Origin: Azolla caroliniana
Lineage: Eukaryota > Plantae > Polypodiophyta
Assembly: GCA_043228905.1 (NCBI GenBank)
Contig: JBHGNT010000015.1
Coordinates: 17,112,001-17,176,000 of the forward strand
DNA: 64,000 nucleotides
Direction of reading: 5' to 3'
Below the pieces are notes generated by a model. It saw nothing but the letters and a program-made list of their open reading frames with translations, searched no databases and was not told where the DNA came from. Of the stretch, positions 23,324-35,040 are shown piece by piece. The position numbers and the translations under genes were made by a program. Every line of letters begins with the position of its first letter. Position 1 is the first letter of the stretch.

Positions 23324-24817
23324 ATGCGTGCATGCTACTACTCAAGTGGGACCAGAGGGGTCTTGGATCAAGGAGTACAAAGGGAAGAGGAAGTAGAAGA
23401 TTCACACTTGTCAAATTAGGTTGGTTGACCTTTGGGTCGTCGGGCAAAGCTTTTGCTCGTCCCGCGTTGGCTAGTCGAGCTTTCATACTTCGACCATTGA
23501 ATGTCAAGCTTTCGCTCGTCGAACAAGCTTAGGGTTTCAAATGCGATTAGTGTGGCGACTTGTTTGACTATTAGCATGTGATTAAGGGATTATACACAAG
23601 ATTAAGAAAAAAATGTGAGGAGAATGTATACAGAATTTCCTACAAAATGAGGGATTACAACTATTAAGGGCAAACTACCATGATTTCAATGGTTTTTTAC
23701 AAATTGATCAACTAGTCCGACACAAAACGACAATGAAACCAACACAAGGTGGGGGGGAACTAGATAGTATACAGTGAAGGCGAATCTAGTGGGCTTCAAG
23801 CTCGAATACCTCCAATGGCTATGTTGCTACGAATCAAAGTAGCTCTTGTGCCACTACAACCTCCCTTGAATGATCGGCGTGCAAGTTAGCACGTCCTTAT
23901 CCCGAAACTGCCGAGCGCGTAGCATTCTCCATCGTGGAGGAGACAACCCAAACCTCCGAGTAGATGACAACCGAAATGTTGAAGAAGTTGTCGTAGAAGA
24001 AACCCTATCCATAACCATAACTCTCAAGTAAGAAGCAAAAAACCCCCCCACAAACCTAAAGCTCACACGAAAGAAGAACCCAAGACATTGTCAAGAAACA
24101 AAGAACCCTAAAACCTTTCTGACTAAGACAATGATGGGGAAAGAAGGAGCAACCGAAACACTAAATGCCAAACCCTAATGGTGTCCTCTCCACTCCCACT
24201 CCCAAAATAGCAACCCCCAAACCCTAGAAATAATGAAGGAGAATATGAACCCCCAAAACCTTCATTGTGCTCTCTCAACCTAAAAAATGGGCGATCACAA
24301 ACCCTACAAATGAAGAAGAAGAAGAAGACGAGAACAAAACCTAGTGTTCCCCTTCAATAACCAAAATTGTGACCACAAACCCTAGAAATGAAGGAGAAGA
24401 AAAAAACAAAACCTAGTGGTCCCCTTCAACAACGAAAATGACAACTCAAAATAAGCCCTCTTCTCCCCCTTTTATAGAGGAAAAGAGGCGCTTATTTTCG
24501 GAATTTTTGTATTTATTATTCCCTTGTCTCAATTTTAAAAGCAAAGAGAATAAAATACCCCTTTACTCACATTTATTTATAATTATTCCTTTTCATATAT
24601 ACATACATATCTTTTGTAATGTCCGTGGAACCTCACTTTTTCATGTTTTCCTCCTTTGGTTATGCCACATCACGATAACAGGTAGGAAAACCGAATCAAC
24701 AATCAAATTTATTGCCCAATTCCTTGGTAATTTGATTTTTGTGAGATCCCCTACTCCTCATTTCCTACTCCATGCAACTACAAACCCTCAAAAGAAGGGG
24801 TGCTTAGAGAGATGACA
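23324..24817 (-). repeat. Long LTR of the Trp-primed Gypsy family lacking its terminal ~15 bp
   Basis: GTGGGACC...GGTCTTGGA motif near 23347; minus-strand CTATAAAAAG at ~24470; ends ...GATGACA. Confidence 0.6.
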
Positions 24818-26275
24818 TGCTTCATCGACACATATCTTGACACTTCACTGATTGTTGACAACTTTCAATGTGAAATTTATGAATTTGCAAAATAGAGGAC
24901 AATAGATTTTCCTATTAGCAATAGTAGGGCCACAAATTCCTTTCATTTAATATGATACATGTTGCTCTCAATTTTCTTCAATATGATAAAAATCAATTTG
25001 GTATTGGAGAGAAGAAGTTATTGAAAGAGATTATGAAAAAGTTGCAAGTCATGGACTATTCTATCTAAGAATTTGATCTACATTGATTTATTAATGTTTC
25101 TTTAAATGTCAAATATTTGGCATTTACAGCAATATTCAAGGACTCAACTACCTACAGGTGCGAAGAAATGCAATATAGAAAGAACTACTAAGCATGTCCA
25201 TAAAACAAAAGAATGTTCATGTTTCAAGCTTGGCACAAATGAGCTATGTATAAGAAGACTTTGCTAAAAGCTTAAGGATTGCCCTGAACATTCTCCCCAG
25301 AGTATTGGGTTGATCCTTAACACTTCTTGAAGCGCATCAAAAAGTTATGGATCAACAAGCTTACATGCATGATTCACATCTGACATTTGATAATGATTCT
25401 TATGAGCATTTAATTTAACAAAAAAGTAGTCATATAGTTTACATCTTAACTTGGTGTTGTGCATCCTTCAACATTAAATCACTCGGTGCAGATGCAATGC
25501 AGATGCAATCCAGCGTGTCTTATAATAATCTAGCTTATGTTCAAGCCTTCTATGGCTAGGACATTCACTCAACACTAAACCATAAGATTATATGAAAGAG
25601 TAGTTATACAAAAAAGATTATTGGTGATCTTTAAACTTGGGAAATTTTGACCAGGTAACTCTATTGGACTCTTAAACCCCAAAATACAAGTTGACAGTTG
25701 ATTTTTAGATATGCGGCTGTAAGAACGGGTCCACATCAATAGGTTTTTGAAACGTGTTTTTGGAAGAGCAAAGCTTGAGTTGTATCTAGCATATGGTTAT
25801 TTTTCCATTCAGCCATCTAATTTTATTGAGCAGTATTCACTCATGATCACTGATGAATTACACATTCTCTTTAGAAATATTGGCTCCATATGTGATTAAA
25901 TTAATATATTGTATTATCTTATTTTTCATATGATCAGCTACCAACTTGTATTTTGGGGTTTAAGAATCCAATAGAGTTACTATCATGATATGGCAAGACT
26001 CGAACCCATGACCTTAGGTTATATGGGTTGAGCTCTTGACCATTAGATCATCTATTGTAATACATAGTATATTATTTTCATTTATATTTTATTATAGGAA
26101 ATTAGTGTATATTCCAGATTTCTCTGGAACATTCTAGAAGCTTCAGGATTACTCCTGAAAACACTATAAAAGAGGGCACTAGGCATTATGTTGAACCAAA
26201 TTGGTTCAACGCCAGTCTTAAGCCTTTTAGCCACCATTGTATATTCTCTTCATATAATACATATCTTTCTTATCA

Positions 26276-26317
<42 letters not shown>

Positions 26318-26424
26318 TGTCTCGCTCACTTCTTCCTTCTCTCGAAGAAGTTCCACACCTCTCATAGTACTAATCCTTCGTTTAGTACTAATTCCTTCTC
26401 TGTCTCAGTACTGTTCATGACAGT

Positions 26425-26436
26425 TTGAACCAATTT
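26425..26436 (+). promoter_or_regulatory. Self-priming PBS
   Basis: TTGAACCAATTT is the exact reverse complement of AAATTGGTTCAA at 26198-26209, ~33 nt after TATAAAA (26165). Confidence 0.85.
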
Positions 26437-26496
26437 TCCCTACCTTTTGTCTCTCTCATTTCCTACTAATCTTTTATTCCTCTTTTCTTTCATTCC

Positions 26497-29400
26497 ATGG
26501 CCACTGTTAGCGCTGAAGAATATCAATCTGTTTTCTCGGAATTTCAATGCTTGAAGGAGAAGTTCCATGCTTTGGAACAAGAAAACCAACGGTTGTTGGG
26601 TGATCTTCAGCAAATCTCCTTAGAAAAGCAGCAACGCAACAACAACATGGGGAACTTGCGTTACGCGTGCAACAACTCGAAGCAACCATCGTTGCGATGC
26701 AACAACAAGGGCCCGGAACACAAGGGATTCATAAAGAACCCAAGATTGGCCTTCCCACGAAGTTCGATGGAACATGATCGCAGTTTAGAGGGTTCCTTAA
26801 CCAGGTACGATTAGTTATTCAAATGCATCCTTCCCGATATCCCACCGATGCATCACGAGTGGGTTTAGTAGGCACTTTGTAAAGTGGCTCAGCGTTGTCA
26901 TGGTTCGCTCCACTATTAGAAAAGGAATCTCCATTACTCAACAATTTTGAAGAGTTTCTAGGTGAGTTTAAAGCATGTTTCGGAGATACTGACAGCATCG
27001 GGACCGCAATCAACAAAATCCGGCGATTACGTCAAGGTGACCGTCCAGCCTCCGCATACGCTGCAAATTTTCGCCTACTCACCACCGATATCCCTTGGGA
27101 TGATCAAGCGTTGATGGAGCAATTCCGTTATGGTTTACGCAACGACGTCAAGGATTTACTATTGACCTTCCCCGAAGAGACAAAGTCCTTAACAGAAGCA
27201 ATCAGTCGCGCGGTGAGATGTGACAACCGCCTCTTTGAGCGACGTTCGGAACGACAGCTACAGATGCCGAGGACAAGATTAGAGCCCACCTACGCCTCAG
27301 TGGTAGCAAGACCTTTTCCGAGGGAGTCATATAATGCGCCTCCAGCGAATACTCCAACTCCGATGGAGATTGACACTACACGTCGTCGAGGGCCATTATC
27401 CGAAGAAGAAAAGCAACGACGCCGTACAAATCGACTATGTCTTTACTGCGGTGGACGAGGACATATCGCAATAAATTTCCCCCATAGGCCAAGAAGACAG
27501 GTAAACCAAATAGTCGCTAGTTCTAATTGTACTAAATCTGAGCCTATTTCAGTAGGGATATCTGATAGTCCTAATAGTACTAATATCCCAGATCTAGCAA
27601 ACAAATTTGATGTCCTTAGTCAGTTAGAAGAAGAGTTAAACGACTAAGTCCAACCAAACGGCAGCCCTAGATCTGTGCAACCCATTAGTGGTTCCATTCC
27701 CTCTAAGCAAGTTAGTGATGTGTTCGTAGCCCAAGTAATAGTTAGTACTAAAAGTACCCCTCCAGTACATGTCCTAGCACTCCTAGATTCCGGAGCTAAC
27801 TCTTGCTTTATGGATAAGAAATTTGCTCAAACTCATAAGATATCCCTAAGAAAACTCCAGTGTCCAACCTCTGTAGTAGTCATTGATGGACGTCCCACTG
27901 CTTCCGGAAATATCATAGAAGAGTTAGAGCCCATTAATATTGTCCTAGATAACTTAGCATGTGTAGTATCATTTAATATTATTAGTATCCCAGAACATCC
28001 TATAGTTTTAGGATTACCGTGGTTCGAGTTACATAACCTAGACATAGATTGGAGAACAAGAGAAATCCGGTGTCGACAAACCCAAGGGTCAACTCAGAAG
28101 ATGGCAACCATTTCGCTACGTCAATTGCGTAAAGAAGGGCGCAAGGAGGAAATGTTCCTCTTTGCAATATCAGTAAACCCCTCCAGCACCACTAAAGAAG
28201 AATCCACCGCTCAACTTCCCGAGAAGTATCGCCATTACGCCGATGTGTTCGATAAAGTACAAGCCAACACACTTCCTCATCATCGACCGTACGATTGCCC
28301 CATCGATTTACAACTGGGAAAAGAGCCGCCATGGGGACCGATCTACAATTTGTCACCAACCGAGCTGGAAGTCCTTCGGGCCTATATAGAGGAGAATTTG
28401 GAAAATGGTTTCATTCGGCATTCGAAATCTCCAGCCGGCGCGCCCATTTTCTTCGTAAAAAAAAAAGATGGATCGCTTCGTCTCGTTGTAGATTACCGTG
28501 GCTTGAATAAGGTTACAATCAGGAATAGGTATGCTCTTCCCCTTATCTCAAGTCTTTTAGAACGGATCAATGGTGCCAGGTTCTTCATGAAGATCGACTT
28601 ACGGGGAGCATATAACCTCGTACGGATCCGACCAGGAGACGAATGGAAGACCGCGTTTCGCACCAGATATGGGCACTTCGAGTATAGGGTCATGCCGTTC
28701 GGCCTCACTAATGCGCCGACAGTCTTCCAGCACATGGCTAATGATATATTCCGAGATCTATTGGATGATTGTTTGATCATCTATTTGGATGATCTACTGG
28801 TTTATTCAAAGACCCAAGAAGAACATGATTCTCATGTACTATTAGTACTAAAACGACTTCGAGAACATGGTCTGTATGCAAAGCTGGAAAAATGTAGTTT
28901 CGGGTGCAACCAAGTGGAATTTCTCAGCTACATCATTTCGTTAGAAGGCATCTCCATGGACCCAGCTAAGGTCAAAACAGTGGTAGAATGGCAGACTCCG
29001 CGTTCGGTGCGGGATGTGCAATGCTTCTTAGGCTTTGCCAATTTTTACCGGAAGTTCATACAAGATTACTCAAAGATCGTTCTACCTCTCACACAACTTA
29101 CCAGGAAGGGACAACCGTTCATCTGGTCTGAAGAAACGGACATGGCTTTCGAGAGTCTTAAAAAGGCATTTACATCGGCTCCAATTCTAGCTCATGTCGA
29201 TCCGGAAAAACCATTCATTATCGAAGCTGACGCATCGGATTTTGCATTGGGGAGCATTCTGTCACAACAGGGGAATGATGAGAGGCTACATCCTGTGGCT
29301 TTTCACTCACGCAAGTTTGACGCCGCCGAAATCAACTACGAAATTCATGATAAGGAGCTATTGGCAATAGTGGATTCTTTTATGCAATGGAGGCATTTTC

Positions 29401-31214
29401 TGGAGGGATCCTCTCATCCAGTCACCGTATTTAGTGACCACAAGAATCTTGCCTACTTTCAGGATGCTTGTGTATTGAATTGACGTCAAGCTCAGTGGGC
29501 CCACTTCCTCACGCGTTTCGACTTCAAAATTACATATCGTCCGGGGAGGCACCAAGGGAAGGCAGATGCATTATCACGGCATTCGTATCTAGCACCCCGT
29601 CTCGGTGAGCCAGCTTTCGATAACCAAAAACAAGTCATCTTGGGACCGACACGATTACAAGCAACACAGATCTTTGACATGCCTATGGATTCCCGCGTTA
29701 TTGATACCATACGTGAAGACTTGAAGACAGATGCGTTCGCCCAAGCTATACTAGCACAAATTGATCCCTCTCGAGCGTCGTGTTCACAGTCGCAACCACC
29801 AGGTACGGACTATCAGCAATTCAAATACCATGATGGATTACTCTTCTTTAAAGAACTTTTGTATGTTCCTAATGGTTCTTGCCGCCTTTGAGTAGTACAA
29901 AACTGTCATGACACATATACAGCTGGGCATTTTGGTAGTACTAAAACATTACATTTAGTACAACGAACATTCTGGTGGCCCTGTATGCGACAATTTGTCG
30001 AGGATTTTGTTCGGACTTGTGATACATATTGCAGAGCGAAAATGCCAAGGCATCATCCATATGGTTTATTAGAACCATTACTAATTCCAAGCAAGCCGTG
30101 GCAATCCATTGCTCTAGACTTCATCACAGATCTTCCAGTCTCTAAGGGGTTCAATGCGATTCTAGCGGTGGTCGATCGATATACGAAGATGGCTCATTTC
30201 TTGCCATGTACTAAGGAGATTTCCAGTGAAGACACTGCCGAAATTGTCATGCGTGAAGTATGTCGGCATCATGAACTTCCCGATAGTATCATCAGCGACC
30301 GTGGACCCCAGTTCGTGTCAAAATTCTGGAAGCACCTTTTTAACATGCTCAATGTCACTTGGAACCTCTCCTTCGGCTACCACCCACAAACCGACGGCCA
30401 AGCTGAACGAACAAATCAAATGTTGGAGCAGTATCTGCGGTGCTTTCTTAGCTATCATCAAGATGACTGGGCAGATATTCTCCACTTCGCCGAATTTGCC
30501 TATAACAACTCTATCCACGCATCCACTAAAGTTACGCCATTTTATGCTTATACGGGATGTCACCCCCGGTGGAGTGTACTTGAAACCCCAGAGGTGTCCA
30601 CAAATCCGTGCGCGGAGGATCGTTTGGAGCAGTTACGCAAGATACAAGCGGATTTATCTACTCATCTCCAACAAGCTCAACAAACACACAAGGTCTACGC
30701 GGATCGTCATCGACTTCCATCCAGTTTTAATATTGAAGATCGGGTGTGGCTGCTACGACGACACATCAAGACTACTCGTCCATGTGAGAAGTTAGATTAT
30801 CGGCGATTAGGTCCTTTCCGTATTATTCGACAGATTAATGATGTTGCTTTTCGTCTCGATCTACCTCCTCAACTTCGGATACATCCGGTGTTTCATAGTT
30901 CTCTCCTCGAACCCTACCACGAGAGCACCATCCCAGGACGTCTTATCCAACCTCCACCCCCGATCGAGCTTGAAGATGGGCCGGAGTACGAGGTTGCCGC
31001 CATCCTTGATTCCAAGATTGTTCGCAACAAGCTCTACTATCTAGTCGATTGGCTAGGCTATAGCCACAACGAACGTACTTGGGAACCGATTGAGTATGTG
31101 ACCAATGCTCGTGCTCTTCTTGAAGACTTCCATCGTCAATATCCACACAAACCAGGTCCTCAATCCAAGACGACTCGTGACACTCGTCGTTTTAAAGGGG
31201 GGATAGTGTCATGA
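26497..31214 (+). pseudogene. gag-pol polyprotein (PEG10/sushi-like Gag, PR, RT, RNase H, INT, group I chromodomain), disrupted
   Basis: PMEID...LCLYCGGRGH; LLDSGANSCF; IYLDDLL; EADASDFALG; HPQTDGQAER; YEVAAILD...YLVDWLGY...TWEP; one gag frameshift and several stops. Confidence 0.95.
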
Positions 31215-31759
31215 TATGGCAAGACTCGAACCCATGACCTTAGGTTATATGGGTCGAGCTCTTGACCATTAGATCATCTATTGTAATACGTAGGATATTA
31301 TTTTCATTTACATTTTATTATAGGAAATTAGTGTATATTCCGGATTTCTCTGGAACATTCTAGAAGCTTCAGGATTACTCCTAAAAACACTATAAAAGAG
31401 GGCACTAGGCATTATGTTGAACCAAATTGGTTCAACGCCAGTCTTAAGCCTTTTAGCCACCATTGTATATTCTCTTCATATAATACATATCTTTCTTATC
31501 ATCACTCTCTCTCTCTCTCTCTCTCTCTCTCGATCTCTCTCTTTCTCTCTGTCTCGCTCACTTCTTCCTTCTCTCGAAGAAGTTCCACACCTCTCATAGT
31601 ACTAATCCTTCGTTTAGTACTAATTCCTTCTCTATCTCAGTACTGTTCATGACAGTTACCTGGCCAAATTTTTTGCAAGTTTAAAGATCACCAATAATCT
31701 TTTTCTTAGAATCTTTGGACGGGTGCTCTAATCATGTTCATAGTATAAATCAATGGAAG

Positions 31760-31946
31760 CGAAACCCTAGAACTATGAAGTTTGTATTTATTGGCTACTA
31801 CTCATTCGTAAAGCAAGCTATAGATGTTATTACCCTCAAACTAAGTGTTAAGAATTAGGTAAGTAATTAAGTATGGGTTAATTAGTTCCTAATTATGTGA
31901 TTAAGTTAAGCGGAAGATTATGTGATGTGTGTGTATGTGTGTGAGA

Positions 31947-31998
<52 letters not shown>

Positions 31999-32350
31999 TG
32001 AACAACACAAGATGGGGGATGAGTAAGTATATTAAATTAGCTTCAACATCATCAAATACAAAAATACCTTCAATGAGGTATATATAGGTTTCATGTGCAA
32101 GGGTGCAAATGTGCTAGGAGAATATAGGTACAACATGTAAGTCCTATATTAAATGAGCATGGAGTGGTGGATCTACAATGTATCCCACTCGAGTACAAAA
32201 TCCTATTTAAGGCTTTATGGTCAACACACTAACTAGATTCTATCTAGGTAACTACTAAGTTACATATGTTGACTTACTAACGAAACTAAGTTGAGCTTGA
32301 TCTCTCAACACTAAGAAACACTTCACCGTAAAAATTGTTTATTGAGTTTG
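31760..32350 (+). pseudogene. Highly decayed Copia integrase C-terminal fragment hosting a solo LTR
   Basis: AAGTTTGTATTTATTGGCTAC (KFVFIGY) followed by a YRCYYP-like stretch. Confidence 0.45.
31846..32310 (-). repeat. Copia-type solo LTR with (GA)n
   Basis: TGTTAAG...CTCAACA flanked by TSD CTAAG; similar layout to the LTR at 48684-48977. Confidence 0.9.
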
Positions 32351-32431
32351 AATCATACTTTTGCTGTTTCTAATCTTCACAATCTATGTGTATTTTTTGA
32401 AGTTGTATCAAGTTATCTAAACTATTGTCTT

Positions 32432-32504
32432 TTCCATTATCGGGAGTTCAACCCGGGTCTCTCGGGTGAGAGCCGAGTATCCTAACCAACTAATCTACAA
32501 TGGA
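32432..32504 (-). pseudogene. tRNA-Glu(CTC) pseudogene
   Basis: Minus TCCATTGTAGATTAGTTGGTTAGGATACTCGGCTCTCACCCGAGAGACCCGGGTTGAACTCCCGATAATGGAA; anticodon arm intact, T-loop mutated (TTGAACT), no oligo-T terminator. Confidence 0.85.
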
Positions 32505-32649
32505 TCAGATCTAGTGCACTCTCTAATATTACAAGCATTCACTAGAAATAAATAATATTTATATATTGCGCAAGCATAAACGAACAACTGGGGATTATTC
32601 TAACACTCTCTCGTTTTCAAGATTTTTGGCATATTCTTGACTTTTGTAA

Positions 32650-33830
32650 TGTATTTGTATACTCTCTGTAACGCAAATATCTCTATAGGTTACCCACCTA
32701 TTTCCAAGAGCATAACTTGATAGGGGGTGGTAGATTTAACTCACAATTGTCTCCTTAAAAACATCTTTTGAATCTTCTAAATCTCATTCCATGCATTAAG
32801 AGAGATAGTGCCTCCCCACACTTCTACTCCATAAAGCAAAAGTTGCATTACCATGGCATTAAATAACTTTAGTTTCAATTCCCATCCATGAGTATTGCTT
32901 TGGTTGCATTTATTTTCCAACATATAATAACTCTTCCAACCAGCTTGAAGTCTAGACTCAAAGCATACACTCCATTTACTTGTGGCAAATACATCGATAC
33001 CAAGATACTTAAAGCTTTGTACAAATTATACATGTTCTCACTTACATGTAAGAATAGGGTATTGGTGAGGTTGGATGGTTTGCACTACCATCATTTTTAT
33101 TTTATCCACATTTACATGTAGTCCACTATTTTTTGCAAAATGTTTCTAATGCTCTAAGTAAACTTTACATGCCATCAACATCAAATGAAAAGATAACCAT
33201 GTCATCCTCATATAAGAGCATTAAGATAATTTGTTGCATAAGTTTTGGGGCATTAGAATCCTTCTTCTCTTGCAACCCTATTCACCACTTTTTCCAATTT
33301 ATCAATGCATAAACCAAATAGTGTAGGTGATAATGGACATCCTTGCTTAACCCCCATGGTACTTAAAAAGTATTCGGAGAAACTATCCTCAATAGTTGGC
33401 ATCTAACTTGCTCATATAATCGTGCAATAGCAACTTGATACTCTTTTAGCATGGCAATTTCCACCATTCTATTCCAAAGCTTACTTCGTGGTACTCTGTC
33501 AAATGTTTTTTTAAATCAACAATGCAATAATAGAGTGTCTTTCCTTGTAGTCGACTTTCTTTCGTAATTACTCTTAATGTAGCAAGATGATCTACCGTGG
33601 AGTGTTTTGGTCTAAACCCTACTTGCCCAAGTGCCGTTTGTTTTGAGTTTTAGCCCATGCACTTACCTTCTGCTCCATGATAGTGTTATATACTTTAGCA
33701 ATAGTTGAGCTCACCATGATTGTAGGATAATTTGATACTTGATTATTATCTCCTGCTTAAAAAAGTGGCTTAATCCAATTTATGAGCCAATCATTCGGCA
33801 AACCTTGTTTAATAGCATGATCTATGATGG
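32650..33830 (-). mobile_element. Decayed LINE reverse transcriptase (RTE-like)
   Basis: Minus-strand motifs QVGFRPKHSTVDHL, FDRVPRSKLW, GVKQGCPLSPTLFG, LLYEDD, YLGI; many disruptions; ends approximate. Confidence 0.8.
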
Positions 33831-34722
33831 TCATGATCCAACGATAAGCACTTGGCATTGTCGATTTTTTAAGAGCTCACTTGTAATGAGAGTTTGGTTA
33901 GTTGCTTTCCCATTATTCATCTTTTTTGTTCCCTTACTAACATATTCGAGACCAATGCAGGTATTACAAGGTGTTTCAATGTTCTCAACCATAGGAGCCA
34001 CTCCCTCATGCATATATAGGGATTGTACATATTCTAGCATCTCTTCATTTGTAAATTCACCTTTGACATCTTCCTTCCTACCTTTGAGGTGTCTCCATGC
34101 TTGGCTTTATTGGAGCTTAAACAACCTTGAGAGAGAGGTGGTGATGGTATCTTCTTGGGAAGCTACACATTTGTCAATAATTGAGGATGATATAGGGAGA
34201 ACATGGCTTGAGGTGAGATTTGGTCCAAGTTTAATTTGTCATGTTTCTTGGGGGGCAACCATTGGGCCATAGGCATTGAACATCAACACACTTGACACGT
34301 TCTCAATAATTCGCCTCCAGAACGCGCCATGACAAGTTTTGACCAAATGTGACTCAAATGTAGATTATATAGTTTGATTAATATGATATATTGATTACAT
34401 TACTTAATTAATTTTCTTGCTATTGATTTCTTAGTAGCCAACGTAAGCAACATGCAACATACAATAGGTCTCTTATGCCTATAAGTATTATGATTCATCA
34501 ACTTTAATTTTGGAACTAAAAAGGTCAAAGAGCATACATGTTAACAATTTTGGCCTAAAAATGTGGATTATTTTTTGTTGCCAAAAACATATTCTTCATT
34601 AGTATAAATTGTACCTACATGACAAAATGATTAGACTGACAACCTTATAAAGGTTGTAGCCATGATAGATCAATAAAAACTACAAAGGCTCACAGTATAA
34701 AACTACAAAGAACGGTGAACAC

Positions 34723-35040
34723 CTACAAGAATCTTCTTTCCATCTCATGTGACCATTGGTTTAAACATTGAACTGTAATGAGAACATTGCAGGAGACTAT
34801 CTTTCGAATTGGAAACATATCAAACAATTCATGTACTTTCTCTAAGACTCCACACTTAGCATATAGATCAAGCCATGCATTGCCAACAACATGGTTTCTC
34901 TTCAGTCTGCCCATCTCCTCAATCTTTACATGCATTTCTCTGCCCTTTTCTATTGGTCAAATGCTAGTAGTAGCTTTTATAGTACCTACAAATGTGATAG
35001 AAGGTTAAACTTGGTTTCGAATTGGAACCATATCTTGTAA
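34723..35040 (-). pseudogene. PLS-class pentatricopeptide repeat gene fragment
   Basis: ITFVG...IEKGREMH...VVGNAWLDLYAKCGVLEKVHELFDMFPIRKIVSCNVLI, typical PLS-PPR motifs, with stops. Confidence 0.8.

Larger units (their letters stand above)
25981..31654 (+). mobile_element. Full-length Tcn1/Tf1-type chromovirus (self-priming)
   Basis: LTRs 25981-26422 and 31207-31654, TSD GTTAC, PPT AAAGGGGGGATAG at 31194-31206, PBS complementary to its own LTR rather than to a tRNA. Confidence 0.97.
25611..31703. mobile_element. Foldback/MITE-like element with ~90-bp inverted arms (25611-25702 vs 25933-25980 plus 31660-31703), split by the Tcn1-type element
   Basis: GATTATTGGTGATCTTTAAACTTG...CCCCAAAATACAAGTTG and its reverse complement on either side of the insertion. 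Confidence 0.7.

Noticed and set aside
7532-24817. LTRs at 7532 and 23324 as the two ends of one giant element
   Set aside because: They share only the terminal region at modest identity and have no matching TSD.
27630-27680. GTTAAAC slippery site at the Tcn1 gag end
   Set aside because: Pol continues in the same frame after a single TAA and the -1 frame closes quickly; readthrough, point mutation and later indel cannot be told apart from one copy.
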